Below are positions 1 through 13,051 of a DNA stretch of 64,000 bases, piece by piece (within the stretch, counting starts at the first letter, position 1; each line of letters begins with the position of its first letter). This stretch comes from Octopus bimaculoides (lineage: Eukaryota): the NCBI RefSeq assembly GCF_001194135.2, contig NC_068995.1:56521860-56585859 (forward strand), given 5' to 3'. A program made the position numbers and the translations under genes. The notes under the pieces were generated by a model that did not search any database, was not told the DNA's origin, and saw only the letters and a list, made by a program, of their open reading frames with translations.

Positions 1-1140
1 CCCTAGCACCCATGGAAAAATGAAATACCTTAAATCCATGTAGCAAAATAACTGTTTATATGAAAGGCGTCCAGCTATAAACATTATCCTTGGAACACTG
101 TGAGATCCATCTAACCTAAGGCAGCAAAGGAAAATGTCCATAAAATGGTGATGATGATGATGATGATGATGATGAAGATTAATCATCAGTTTCCAGTTAG
201 TTCAACACTTGATCTCTAAGTCACTGTTGACTCAGTTGTCTTATCTACTGTCAAGGAAGTGAGACAGGAGAACACCAAAGTCCAAGAAACAGCAGAAACA
301 CCAAAATTGGAATACAAATTCATGATTTTTATTTATTTATTTCTTTAACTAAGACACCCAACCCCCAAACCTACTCTTTATATAAATATGCGAAGAAATG
401 CATTTATATCAGTGTAGACATGCATAATTTTCATTCTATTTTTTTAATGTGTATAGATTTACAGCTGTACATAAATTAATGAAACATTACTGGCAGTGTT
501 CCAGATATTGCAGTAGCAACAACAACAACAATAAATAATAATAATAATAATGATAATAATAAATTCTTGAACTCTTATGAGATCACTGCAGTGAAGCAAT
601 ATCAAGTTGTTATGTAGATGACAGACTGTAAATGAAAAATTACCAAACTTCCAGACAGAAGCCTGAAGAAATTAATCCGTTCCTTGTAATTGCACATTAT
701 TGATTTTATTTTTTTTTTTTACATTGCCACAAGAGAAAGGGAATGCAAAGTTGTGAAGTTCATGCCTCTCTTGATATTATTTGCAATGTAAGTGAAAGAG
801 AAAAATGATGACATATTTTTGTTGTATCTCAGGAGGGTCATTATGCCAATAATAAACACATGCACTGGTTCCATTTCACTTCTTCATTTTTTTTTATTTG
901 TCAATCGTTTAACCATTTAACTAAATGATAGTTTGGTTAATTTTTCAGTCAATCAACCAATCAGCTAAGGCTATCAAAATCCTTTTGTCACCATTTGTAA
1001 CCTGGTCATTGACAGGCCCTGTCTGTTTTAAGTCTGTCTCCTTCAACAACTGAGTTCATTTTAAGAATCTTACAAACCAAATCCTAAATTTAAAAAAAAA
1101 AACAAAACAAAAAAAAAACAAGAAGAAAATCAAAAGATGT

Positions 1141-1545
1141 GAGCATAACTATGTGGTTAAGAAGCTCACTTCATGACTGCATGATTTGGAGTTCAATCCC
1201 ACTGTGTGACACCTTGGGCAAGTGTCTTCTACTGTTACCATGGCCCAAGCAATGTGTCTTGTGAGTGAATTTGGTAGAAGGAAACTGAGTGAAGCCTGTC
1301 GTATATATGTGTGTGTGTATGTGTATGTGTGTGTGTGTGTGTGTGTGATCTCTCTCCACATCACTTGACAATCAATGTTGGTTCATTTACATCCCTGAAA
1401 TTTAGCAGTTTTGTTAAAGAGACTGATGTAATTAAGTACCAGATTTACAAAAATATAAGTAATTGGATTGGTTTGTTTGGTTAAACCCTTCGAGGTACTG
1501 CCCCAACAAGACTGCAGTCCAATAACAAAAGCAAGTAAAAGAAAG
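1141..1545 (+). mobile_element. tRNA-headed SINE, family A (full length, diverged)
   Basis: Head with A-box/B-box-like motifs (ACTATGTGG ... GAGTTCAATCCC), body CACCTTGGGCAAGTGTCTTCTACT...GTGAGTGAATTTGGTAGAAGGAAACTGA, internal (TG)n tract, 3' half ending GCAAGTAAAAGAAAGA; colinear with the copy at 16698-17125. Confidence 0.8.
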
Positions 1546-1818
1546 AAGAGAGGGAGAGAGAGGGGTGGTGGGTAAAAAGAAGAAATGAATGAACGACAAA
1601 GTGACAAAGTGAATGTCAGTTTATAAGACAAAGGAAATGTTGATTGTATTGAAATGTATTTATCGCACATGAGTTGAGATAAAGCAAAACAAGCAATTGA
1701 ATTATGGTTCCAGTTTCACATGACTTTTCTTACTTTTGCTTCTTCCTTCTTGAATGAGAAGAGTAAAAACTGTGCAGGAATAATGGGTGGAAAGAGTTCA
1801 AATTCAGGCTTTATTTAA

Positions 1819-2000
1819 CCCTTTCAATACCAACCCACCTAAGAATGCTTCTGGTTCTACGATGCAAGCTTCTTGTTATAAAATTATCTTAGATTAAAAC
1901 CTTCCATTGAGATTTCATGTTGGTTTATGTTCCAAACACCAACTCAATAACGGCAAAGATATTTTATTAAATTCTTCATTAGTCTCAAAATTCATTGACA
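1819..2000. mobile_element. possible TTAA-flanked (piggyBac-type) MITE, one end only
   Basis: TTAA followed by CCCTTTC..., similar to the termini of the MITE at 7048; no second end found. Confidence 0.3.
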
Positions 2001-2367
2001 TATATATATATAGACAGTAGAAATATGGTAATGAAAGGAGAGTTGTGACTAATTTTCTATGGAAGCATAGAGGTGATAAAATGATTGGGTGCAGCAGTTT
2101 GGGTGCTGACTGGATATTGAACTTGTTATGGTGATTGTACTTCTTGGTGTTGGAGGCAAGTGCACATGCAGGAATGTACACACATATATAGATAGAAAGA
2201 CTGAAAGAGAAAGAGACATTACAATTTATTAATTGAACAAGATTAACACAAATGGTGCTCCAGCATGGCTGCAGTCTAAGGACTGAGACAAGTAAAAGGT
2301 AAAAGATAGAAGGTAAACATTCTTTTTCTCCTCATGCACAAAGAGAGGAAGATGCTCACAAACATGG

Positions 2368-2510
2368 AGAGAGAGAGGGGGAGAGGGAGAAATAGAGAGA
2401 GAGAGAGAGAGAGAAGAGAGAGGAAGAGAGAAGAGAGAGGAAGAGAGAAGAGAGAGGAAGAGAGAAGAGAGAGGAAGAGAGAAGAGAAAGAGAGAATGAG
2501 CGAGAAAAAG
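2368..2510 (+). repeat. polypurine (GA)n / GAGAGGAAGAGAGAAGAG minisatellite
   Basis: Direct inspection: pure A/G tract with a repeated ~16-18 bp unit. Confidence 0.85.
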
Positions 2511-2595
2511 ACATTATAATTTATTAACTAAACACAAGTGGTGTGAACATTTTCCTTCTCCTCAGACGCATTAAAAGAACTGTTTGCACACATAC

Positions 2596-2629
<34 letters not shown>

Positions 2630-3030
2630 NNNNNNNNNNNNNNNNNNNNNNNNNNNNNNNNNNNNNNNNNNNNNNNNNNNNNNNNNNNNNNNNNNNNNNN
2701 NNNNNNNNNNNNNNNNNNNNNNNNNNNNNNNNNNNNNNNNNNNNNNNNNNNNNNNNNNNNNNNNNNNNNNNNNNNNNNNATATATATATATATATATAAA
2801 GCCTCTTCCTTTGCCCCCGCCCCTCAACTACTTGCTATACAAGGACAGATAGCAGAGAATAATATAGCAATAAGTCTACTTCTGTACTGAATGACACAAC
2901 CCCTTGCAATGATGGTCGTTTGTGCTGACGGTAATTTATACCAACACGAAAGTTGCAGCTTGAGAAAAGTTACAAATGTGAGCGTGAATTTTTTTCTATT
3001 ATTTTTCCTTGTTTTACAAGAGAGAGGGAT

Positions 3031-3252
3031 ATAGCAATTTAACTGACCATATCTGACCCAAATATTCAACCTGTTTCATGTCCAAACTGACCAGATCTGG
3101 CCTCTTGTGCCTATCCTACAATGTCAAAATCTTGAAGCCATGAGATAAGGTGTGATTGTTTCAAGACTATGTCAATAAATAAGCATTCCATTGACAGAGT
3201 AATCTGAATGCTTAGGGATTAAATAAGCATAATCTGAACGCTTTAGGATTAA
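3031..3252 (-). mobile_element. piggyBac-type (TTAA) MITE, degenerate, with a duplicated terminus
   Basis: Reverse-complement similarity to 52959-53165. The terminus AATCTGAATGCTTAGGGATTAA (3201-3222) is repeated as AATCTGAACGCTTTAGGATTAA (3231-3252). Confidence 0.6.
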
Positions 3253-3832
3253 AGCTCATCCTTTCAGTCACGGTTATATAAATTGCAAACAAAACAATTA
3301 TAAAGGAAGATTATAACATCATACCTTTCACTCTTCCATTCATTTTTAACATTACGAACACAGCGTCCATCTTGACTCCTTTCAAGAAATTCAACAAGGA
3401 TTCAGAACTGCCTTTAGTTCAAGAATTCTTGAGAGTCACTTATGAATGGGAATTACCAGCTTTGGCACAATACAAGTATTCACAGCAAACATATAAAAAT
3501 ATTAAAAGAAAAAACACCATAAAGGAATGATTCCCAGAATTTGAACAAGTACTTTTCTACTTATTTTTTAGCACTCTGCTCTCTCCCATTCCCATAATTT
3601 CCTTATCTGCAGTTTGCTTTCGGTTCCATACCTGTCATCATCTGTTTGCTTCATTCTCTCAAATTCTTCTATTTCCTAATCTCTTCTTTTTCCACCTCCA
3701 ATTTATCTTTCATTCCCTAACTGCCACTACATCTATTTCTGTACCTCTCTCTATTTGCACTCTCTCATTGTCTGTCTGTCCATCTCTGTCTCTGTCTGTC
3801 TGTCTGTCTGTCTCTCTCACAAACATACAGAT

Positions 3833-4150
3833 ACAGGGTGTTTGAGCTAAATTTGATGATTTTTTTTTCCATGTCTCCCTTCTTTAGGAACTGCCTTATG
3901 TAACGGTAAATAGTGAACAGAGCGCAAAGATTAAAGTTGTAGATGAGAAAAATCTAGCTGATGTAGAGGATTGGAAGCCATCCTGCAGCTTATAAGACAT
4001 GGCTAGAAATGGACTTGAAACAGAAGCAGCAGAGTTGTGTATATATGGGAGTTACCTGTGTCATGGTGATGGATGCCAGGTCTCGAAAATGCTGATGCCA
4101 TGACTACTGCTCAACGCTCTGTGAGCAAACACTGTAAAGGCTGCAACATT
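3833..4150. mobile_element. possible Tc1/mariner non-autonomous fragment
   Basis: Begins TA-CAGGGTGTTTGAGC, a typical Tc1/mariner terminal motif after a TA target; no matching second TIR seen and the right boundary is a guess. Confidence 0.3.
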
Positions 4151-4214
4151 TTGCATAATATCGAGGTCTCATTCATTCTTTTGTTGTCATATTATTATTA
4201 ATACACACATACAC

Positions 4215-4263
<49 letters not shown>

Positions 4264-4445
4264 GATATAACTCTATTCCTCTATATTGTCCATATTCATG
4301 ACACTTGTCAGACTGGACAGTTTATTTTAGCCTGTTTTCACTTCTATTATTCAATTTACCAAAGGCTACAGATGTTTTCTTTGTTTTTTTTTTTTTCGTA
4401 CATGTCTAAGTATCTCATCTGCTGGATTCAAGGCAGGGTAAATGA

Positions 4446-4485
4446 TGTGCTGATGATGCCTATCCGGGTAGAAACATGCATAAAC
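4446..4485 (+). ncRNA. degenerate minimal hammerhead-ribozyme-like motif
   Basis: CTGATGA - TGCCT ATCC GGGTA (stem II, two G-U pairs) - GAAAC ATGC A; stem III and stem I are imperfect. Confidence 0.35.
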
Positions 4486-5686
4486 AGCTATCTTCTTATG
4501 TTCCAATCATTTCCTTAATAGCATGTCAATTTCAGAGAAATTCTTAATTTTTCTGAAATTATCTCCCATTCTCATTTGGTCACAATTGTTGCAGGGCATT
4601 TGTTTTATCTTTCTCTCAATTGGATGATAATTTCAATAAACCAGGAATTTATCTTGTGCAGTATTTGATTTGGCTTTCTTTGTTTTATTGTTCACATCTC
4701 TGGCGCTGGCCATTCTGAGTTACTGCTCTTAGTTCAGTTTCATTTAAATTCCATACAAACACACACACACACAATGTGTATGCATGTGTATGTACTATGC
4801 ACATATATATACACACAATATATTTATACATGAATACACACACATGTATATGTATATAACACACACATACACACACACACACGTATTTATGTACAGTCAT
4901 GTATGTGTGCATACATACATAACTGTGCATACAAACACACATACACATATACATACTGAAGCATTTATGTAACTACACACACACACACACACACATGCAA
5001 ACATACCCACAAATTATATTTATGGCATTATTTGATAATTTTAAATTGCCTACATAAAAAAAAAATTAAATAAACATTAAAAAAAAACAACAACATATCA
5101 AACATTATCTACAGATAGATACAAATTCCTCTAAATGTATGTCTTACAACATTTGCACCCCATTCGAGATGACTAACTTCAGTTTAATGTGCGAATTTAT
5201 TTTTAGATGTCTAATGTAAATCCACAAATGCATCAGTGATTATGAAAGTTATGTACGCATGTTTCAATGGGTTGTTTGTTTTAACCCCTATCCTCGACAA
5301 GGCATTATTATTTGGTTAAATTTGTTGGCAATTCAATTTTACTTGATAATGCAAAGTTTGACATTTTGCGAATATAATTCTGAATATATCTATTGATTTC
5401 CTACATCATAAGTACTATCAATTTCAAATGTTGAATAAATATAGCTACGAGTTTGTTTTTGGTTTTTTTGTTGTTCGTCTTCATTTCCTGCTTTCATTTG
5501 TTGTTGGTGTTGTTTAGCTGTGGATCAGTCCGGATCCAAAAGCCCCTTGATCAATCTCATTCCAGCCATGTTCGTCCTATCTTTTTATCAAACCTAATGT
5601 ATCTAGGATTACATTTTCCAGTGTGCCATTCTCTCCCCCCCCCCACCTCACTCGCTCTCGTTTCCTTTTTGGAAAAAGAGTATCTT

Positions 5687-5899
5687 TCAACTTTTACTTG
5701 TTTCAGTCACTGGATTGTGGCCATACTGCAGCACTGCTTTGAAGGGTCTTAGCCAAACAGATTGATCTCAGTCCTTATTTTTAAGTCTTGCACTTATTCT
5801 ACCAATCTCTTTTGCTAAACTGATAACATACGGAGGACATAGACAAACCAACACTGGTTGTCAAGTGGTGGAAGATAACAAACAAAAAGACATACAGTT

Positions 5900-5945
<46 letters not shown>

Positions 5946-5955
5946 NNNNNNNNNN

Positions 5956-5989
<34 letters not shown>

Positions 5990-6500
5990 TAAGGATTTTC
6001 AGATGTTGGGCCTCACTGAGGGTTATGGTTAGGGTTAGAGACTTCTGGCAGTTTGTTATACTTGAGAAGACATTTCAAGCTAAGTAAATACCTGGTCATC
6101 CTTGCATTCAGGTATGTCACCTGCATCCCTCTTCAATTGGGTATTATATGATGATGATGATGATGATGATAAACTGAATGCTACAGGTTGTGGATTCAAA
6201 GACTCATGGGACTCTCACAGAAATCTCCACTCGCAGACTCAGACAACAATCTGCAGAGCAACCAATTCCAAAGAAGTGGAATGCAGAATGTCTCTGTAAC
6301 TGAAATTCCAGATAATCCAATCAATGAAACTATTCCGTGAAGAGTTCTATAGATAAATGAAAGGTCTGCACAGTTTCCTTCTACAAAATTCACTCACAGA
6401 GCATTATTTGACACAAGGGTTATAGTAGAAGACACTTGCCCAAAATGCTGTGCAGTGGAACTGAATGGCAGCAAAGTGAGCTTCTTAGACATGCTGCCAT
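5687..6500 (-). mobile_element. SINE family A split by (TA)n, a gap and a ~370-bp insert
   Basis: 3' half at 5687-5895 and 5' half at 6363-6500, both on the minus strand and in colinear order. Confidence 0.7.
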
Positions 6501-7047
6501 GTTTGTGGGTATGATGGGATTTGGTTGCTAATTCTAGCAGAACAAGCACCCACATAACATAGAGCCTCTCTCATCAGCTCGTATTCTGTAGATTTTAGGT
6601 GTAGGATGTTCTGAGGAATCCTGCAGTTCAGTGAAAATGTTCTTAGGTTTCCACAAGATTATAATAAAATCTAATAAAAATCTATCAAAAAATGATATTT
6701 ACCATTTTGAATGTCATTATATGCTTATTTTGATGAATAAATTAATATGTATTTATTTTAACAAATTATTATGTTAATTTTAATAAATGAATTCTCTCTC
6801 TGAAACAATTTCTGCTTAATTTAATGTCTTAATTAATGCAGCTAATTGCCTGATTCATTAGAGTGTTGGAACAAATTCCACATGGAATTTGTTTCAGCTT
6901 TGTGTCCCAAGTTCAAATCTCACCCATGATAACTTTGACTTTCACCCTTTTAGCACCAATAAAAAAAGAACTGATCCAGGATAGTAGAATGGCAGAACTG
7001 TGTAAACCTATTACAAAAGTAAAATACTTTACTATTTTCATATTTAA

Positions 7048-7180
7048 CCCTTTAGCATTTAAACTATATCTGGACCAAATATTCTGTTTGATGTTCCAAC
7101 TGAGATCTGGCGATAAATACCTTACACTGTCATTCTGAAACTAAACAATTATGGATATGACTGGCTTAAATGCTAAAGGT
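7048..7180. mobile_element. piggyBac-type MITE (133 bp) with TTAA target-site duplication
   Basis: TTAA (7044-47), then left TIR CCCTTTAGCATTTAA; right TIR TTAAATGCTAAAGGT (14/15 match), then TTAA (7181-84). Confidence 0.8.
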
Positions 7181-8075
7181 TTAAACAATGCCTAATTAAA
7201 GGAACTTTTGTAAGCTTTTCTTCCATCAGCCAATCCAAAACCTAAATAATAAGTTAATCAAAATCTAAATTAGCAAAGAACTAGAAAATTAGTAATTGCT
7301 TTAATGAAACTCTTTTTCAAGAATTTAAGTTCCATATTTCAGAGCTGAATTGAGGAAGTAAGCTTGATCCCATTTTCCACAGGTTCATAGCCTTTTTAAG
7401 TTGTTGTTTTATGCTTTCAATCCTTTGCCTGCTGTAGCTCATTGTACATTGACTAAATCTGTAATGAATAAACTCACAGGACTGTGAAACATTTGTGTAA
7501 AAGTAAAGGGAAATTTATGTTTTAATAAATATTTTCATTTCAATATAATGCTTTGTGTTTTTTTATTTATGGATGCTGAACAATTTGAATTTAGAATGTT
7601 GTTTTAGCTATTGTATAGTATTTTAACAAATCAAAGAAATATAACACAAAAATTAAAGCAATAAAAATAGTGTTTGTGTTATTACTACAGTTCTACTTCT
7701 TTGCAACAATAGTGGCGAACAGCCAGCATAAAATTGTGCGCTGTATGACATAGTTTCTCAAAAGATTGTGCATCATTTTCACAATAGCAAAATATATTTG
7801 TTGGTTTATTAGAAATAACCGGGGCTGACCTTGTGAATGAAATCCTTGAATTATCTTTCAAACATTTTTTTTTTTCATTTGTTTATTCCAAAACAATGAT
7901 CACCACATGTGGAAATCTGGCACCAATACATAGTAATTTAATCAATGAATACCATAGAATTATTCCTCCAGAGGGGGAAAAAAATGTTGCTGCTATTACC
8001 ACCTCTAGTGCAATCATCATCATCATCGTACCAACAACAAGTAAATCTGAATCCTTACAGTCTACTTTTATTATT

Positions 8076-8300
8076 AGGGCAGTGAACTGGCAGAGTCATT
8101 AACATGCTGGACAAAATGCTTAACGATATTTCATATCTTTATGTTCTGTGTTCAAATTCTACTGAGGTCAATTTTGCCATTCATCCGGGGGGAGGGGTCG
8201 ATGAAATAAGTACCAGTTGTATACTGGGGTTGATGTAAACAACTCATCACTCATCCTCCCCAAATTTCAAGCCTGTTGCCAATAGTAGAAGAGATTATTA
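8076..8300 (+). mobile_element. tRNA-headed SINE, family C (Meta/Sauria-like central domain)
   Basis: Head GGGCAGTGAACTGGCAGAG, GTTCAAATTC B-box-like motif, central GAGGTCAATTTTGCCATTCATCC..GGGGTCGATGAAATAAGTACC, (ATT)n tail; matches other copies in the window. Confidence 0.75.
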
Positions 8301-8344
8301 GGGTGGTTTTAGAAAGTGGATTACCAGAATTATTGGGGCATCCA

Positions 8345-8877
8345 CAAAAATTATCGGGACTTATTTTTTGTAAGCATGGCATTTATTCTATCTGTCTCTT
8401 TTGCTGAATTACAGGGATGTAAACACACCGACAAAGGTTGTCAGGCGATGGTGGGAGGCAAACACACACATAAATATATAAATATATGGAGGTAATGACA
8501 AGCAACTGAGATCTTTGGAGACATGCTAAGCTTGAGAGCACCCAGCAAGCCAAGTGAGGTTGTAGTCATGGCAAATGCTAGTGTCGCATTACTGGCCCGT
8601 TTGAAAGCACCCTTCAATCATTGGCCGATACGCTGTGCTTGTGAAGACCAGATGAAACAACAGTTGTGGCTGATGCCAGTACTGCCTGACTGGCATCCAT
8701 GCCAGTTGTATGTAAAAAGTACCCACTACACTCTCTGAGTGGTTGCCGTTAGGAAGGATATCCAGCTGTAGAAACATTGCCAACTCAGATTGGAGCCTGG
8801 TGCAGCCTCCCAGCCCGCCAGTTCTCAGCCAAGCCGTTCAACTCATGCCAGCATGGAAAACGGACATTAAACGACGA

Positions 8878-8924
<47 letters not shown>

Positions 8925-9072
8925 CAACAGACTTCTTTCAGCTTCTGTCTACCAAATCCACTCACAAGGCTTTGGTCAGCTTAAGGCTATAGTAGAAGAC
9001 ACTTGCCAAAGAAGCAATGCAGTGGGACTGAACCCAAAACCATGTGGTTGGTAAGAGAGCCACACCTACACC
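8345..9072 (-). mobile_element. SINE family A interrupted by an RTE insertion
   Basis: 3' half at 8345-8475 and 5' half at 8918-9072 on the minus strand flank the RTE piece at 8488-8881. Confidence 0.75.
8488..8881 (+). mobile_element. 5'-truncated RTE-clade LINE (family B): ORF C-terminal codons, 3' UTR and (GAT)n tail
   Basis: 8489-8557 translates EVMTSN*DLWRHAKLESTQQAK*, resembling RTE C-termini (xDRxLWR). It is followed by a 3' UTR shared with 46509-46728 and ends CATGGAAAACGGACATTAAACGACGATGAT. Confidence 0.7.
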
Positions 9073-10364
9073 TAAGTAATGTAGTGAGTTGAAAACCTTC
9101 AATTAACTAACATCAACAAGTAACGACCAATTGCTGTCTTAAGTAAGAATTAACATTTTGTTATCATTTGAACTATGTCTTAACGGTTTAGACTGTTAAT
9201 GTTTCACAGAGTCTGGCACACAACATGATAAACTGGGAAAGGTAGTACGGTAGGTGTTATGAGAAAATTAACAATGAGATAATGTACTAGAGACAGAAAG
9301 AGAGAAATATATATGCACACACACACATGCACACATATATATACACACAAGCATATATATACTATATATCTGTATATGCACTCTTCTCCCCCCCGTCCTC
9401 TATTCCTTATCTTTTTCTATGTTGTACTTGCAAGATGTATTAAGCATGAAAATAAAGCCAGCTGCATCAGCCATAACACCAGTAATAAAAACAAAGACAA
9501 GCAATGGTAAATGATCCATTAATAGGTCTGCTTGATCAGGGCTGACCTGGGGCTAAGCAACAGTGCAGCAGAGACAACAACTTCATAATAGCAATAATAC
9601 TGGCCAAGTGATATTAGCAACAATGACAAATACAACAAAAATAGCAACAACCAGTGTTATTAAAACAACAAAAGGGCAACTAAATCGGACAATATCAATA
9701 TTTGCTGCAACAGCTGCATAAACAGGAGCAGCAAGAGGAACAAGAACAACAATATCAATTATAAATATATATATATATATNNNNNNNNNNNNNNNNNNNN
9801 NNNNNNNNNNNNNNNNNNNNNNNNNNNNNNNNNNNNNNNNNNNNNNNNNNNNNNNNNNNNNNNNNNNNNNNNNNNNNNNNNNNNNNNNNNNNNNNNNNNN
9901 NNNNNNNNNNNNNNNNNNNNNNNNNNNNNNNNNNNNNNNNNNNNNNNNNNNNNNNNNNNNNNNNNNNNNNNNNNNNNNNNNNNNNNNNNNNNNNNNNNNN
10001 NNNNNNNNNNNNNNNNNNNNNNNNNNNNNNNNNNNNNNNNNNNNNNNNNNNNNNNNNNNNNNNNNNNNNNNNNNNNNNNNNNNNNNNNNNNNNNNNNNNN
10101 NNNNNNNNNNNNNNNNNNNNNNNNNNNNNNNNNNNNNNNNNNNNNNNNNNNNNNNNNNNNNNNNNNNNNNNNNNNNNNNNNNNNNNNNNNNNNNNNNNNN
10201 NNNNNNNNNNNNNNNNNNNNNNNNNNNNNNNNNNNNNNNNNNNNNNNNNNNNNNNNNNNNNNNNNNNNNNNNNNNNNNNNNNNNNNNNNNNNNNNTATAT
10301 ACACATACATACATATATAAATATATATATATATACATTTATATACAGACACACATTCTTTTAT

Positions 10365-10650
10365 GCTTTATATGTTTCAATTATTAGACTGTGGTCATGC
10401 TGGAGCACTGCCATGAAGAATTCTATTGAGATAAATTGACTCTAGTACTTAATTTCAAGCCTGGTACTTTTTCTATAGGCCTCTTTTGCTGAACCACAAA
10501 ATTATGGGGATGTAAACACACCAACACTACTTGTCAATCAATGATGGGGGGACAAACACACACACACATAATAGACTTCTTCCAGTTTCCACCTACCAAA
10601 TCCAATCATAAGGCTTCAGTTGGCCTGAAGCTGTAGTAGGTGCCATACTG
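10365..10650 (-). mobile_element. SINE family A (5'-truncated or internally deleted)
   Basis: Reverse complement of the family A body and tail with a short (CA)n centre. Confidence 0.7.
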
Positions 10651-11186
10651 CATATGCATGTGTATATATACATGCAAATATATATGTGCATATGTGTATA
10701 TATACATAGTCACTATAGTCACCTCTGCCCCATGTGTTACCGACCCCCTATGAAAGAATCCTCTCTCTAATTCCCTCTCAGGGCACACTGTCTCTACCCT
10801 CTCTTATGCTCACCTTATTCTACTTTGAGTGTTCATTCTAGAACCCCCATCACTACCTTCCTTTTATCCCTTCCAATGATGCATCTCCTCCTGCACTTGT
10901 TCTTCTGTCTCACTTTAGCCTTTCAATACCTGGTATAAAGCCACCCACCTCCACCTTCCCTTCTCAGATACCCTACAGCAGTGGGAGCTTCTTGTCTCCC
11001 TGCTCTTTTTCTGTTTTCCAAGTTTACATGGTAACTTCTTTAGTGCTGGTGGCAGAGAAAAAGTACCAAGTACCAAAGTGGTTGGTGTTAAGAAGGCCAT
11101 CCAATCACAAAAACCATGTCACAGCTGACTCTGAAGCCTGATATGGCCTCACAGTTTGCAGGATCTGATGAAACTGCCAACCCAAG

Positions 11187-11345
11187 TTCTGAGTTCAAAT
11201 TCTGCTGAGGTCGACTTTGCCATTCATCCTTTTGGGGTCAATAAATTAAGTACCAATGAAACACTGGGGTCAATGTAATCAATTACTCCCCTCCTTAAAA
11301 ATTTCTGACCCCTTGTATCTAGAGTTGAAATGATTATTATTATTA
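11187..11345 (+). mobile_element. SINE family C, partial
   Basis: TTCTGAGTTCAAATTCTGCTGAGGTCGACTTTGCCATTCATCCTTTTGGGGTCAATAAATTAAGTACC ... (ATT)n. Confidence 0.75.
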
Positions 11346-11804
11346 TTATTATCAGTTAACACCCATTTTCTATGTTGACAGAGAAGAGGGCCAAGCCCCA
11401 ATGTCTGCTGTCGCATGGTTTCTATAACCTGATGCCCTTTCTATTGCCAATTGTCTTTCTTGACACCAATGAATATTTTTATTGTGAAGTCTGAGACTTT
11501 AACTAGCACTTTCATATCTCTAACATCTTTCAGATTTCTATTCATTTCACCAATCCTAGACTGGTAAAAATTTTGATTTCTATTGAAATTTAATATGGAA
11601 TTTTAAATATAATGTTCCATATTCTAAGACCAAGACATTCTTCTATAATTTCATTTTAGCTTTAAGTTCTTGGATTATTCTACAGAGACAGACATACTTT
11701 TAAAGAAATAATGCAAACAAAATAAAGTTTTCTGGTCAAATTGATTTGATATCTAAAATTTCAACAGTTTGCTTTTTACATCTTCCTTTCTCTCTCTCTC
11801 TGCA

Positions 11805-11857
<53 letters not shown>

Positions 11858-12454
11858 CACAAACATAAATACATACAGGTATGTGTATATATGTATATAT
11901 ACATAGGTATGTGCATATACACACATGTACATCCATATACCCACATGTGTCTGTGTGTGAATATGTGTGTGTGTGTATATATATATATACATATATATAT
12001 ATATACACACATACATGCACACACATTATGTTCCACATGCAAAGTTAGGTTAGACATGACATGCCAATCATATTATTATGAAGTGGAACAGTTATCTATT
12101 CTCCATCTTGATAGACTGGGGCCGGTAGAACTGGGTGCATTGTCGAAGGACACAAAGAATCTTTGTGTTTCATTTTGAATACATGACTTACTAGAAGACT
12201 CGCCTCCTCTATAAATGTGACCTAATACTTTAAAAGTAATCAAATGATACATGTCACACGGCATTATGATTGCTAGACACTTAATATCCAAGATTTCAGA
12301 GAATAGAATATAAAAGTGGAGGTGAAAAAAAAAAATGGAAAAAAAAAAAAAATGAAAATATCAAGTTATCTACATAGTTTAAGACCAGCAAATCTTTATG
12401 ATTGTGTATATGCATGTGACTGAATACAAAGATCATTTCAAACCATTTATCAGA

Positions 12455-12544
<90 letters not shown>

Positions 12545-12558
12545 ATACATACATGTGA

Positions 12559-12651
<93 letters not shown>

Positions 12652-12706
12652 AACACGTTATGTTATATATACATTATATATACATTACATATATATATAT
12701 ATATAT

Positions 12707-12996
12707 GAAAGTGCATGGCTCAGTGGTTAAGATGTTGCACTCAGGATTGCGAGATCGTGGGTTTGATTCCTAGACTGGGTGTTGTACTCTTGAGCAAAGC
12801 ACTCCATTTCATGTTGCTCTGCAATCATTTCAACATCTGACATGTGGCACATGGTGCACCTATATCGGTAATGTCGATTTGATGGAGGAAGTGAGCTTAT
12901 GTGTAAACAGACATTTGATCACTATAAACAGATCATGTGTGGTTATTCCAATAAGAAATTGTCGAACCCTCACACATCATGTAACGACATGAGAAA

Positions 12997-13000
<4 letters not shown>
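12707..13000 (+). mobile_element. tRNA-headed SINE, family E
   Basis: A-box TGGCTCAGTGG, B-box-like GGTTTGATTCC, followed by GTTGTACTCTTGAGCAAAGCACT; related heads at 23468 (+) and about 48870-48935 (-). Confidence 0.6.
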
Positions 13001-13051
<51 letters not shown>

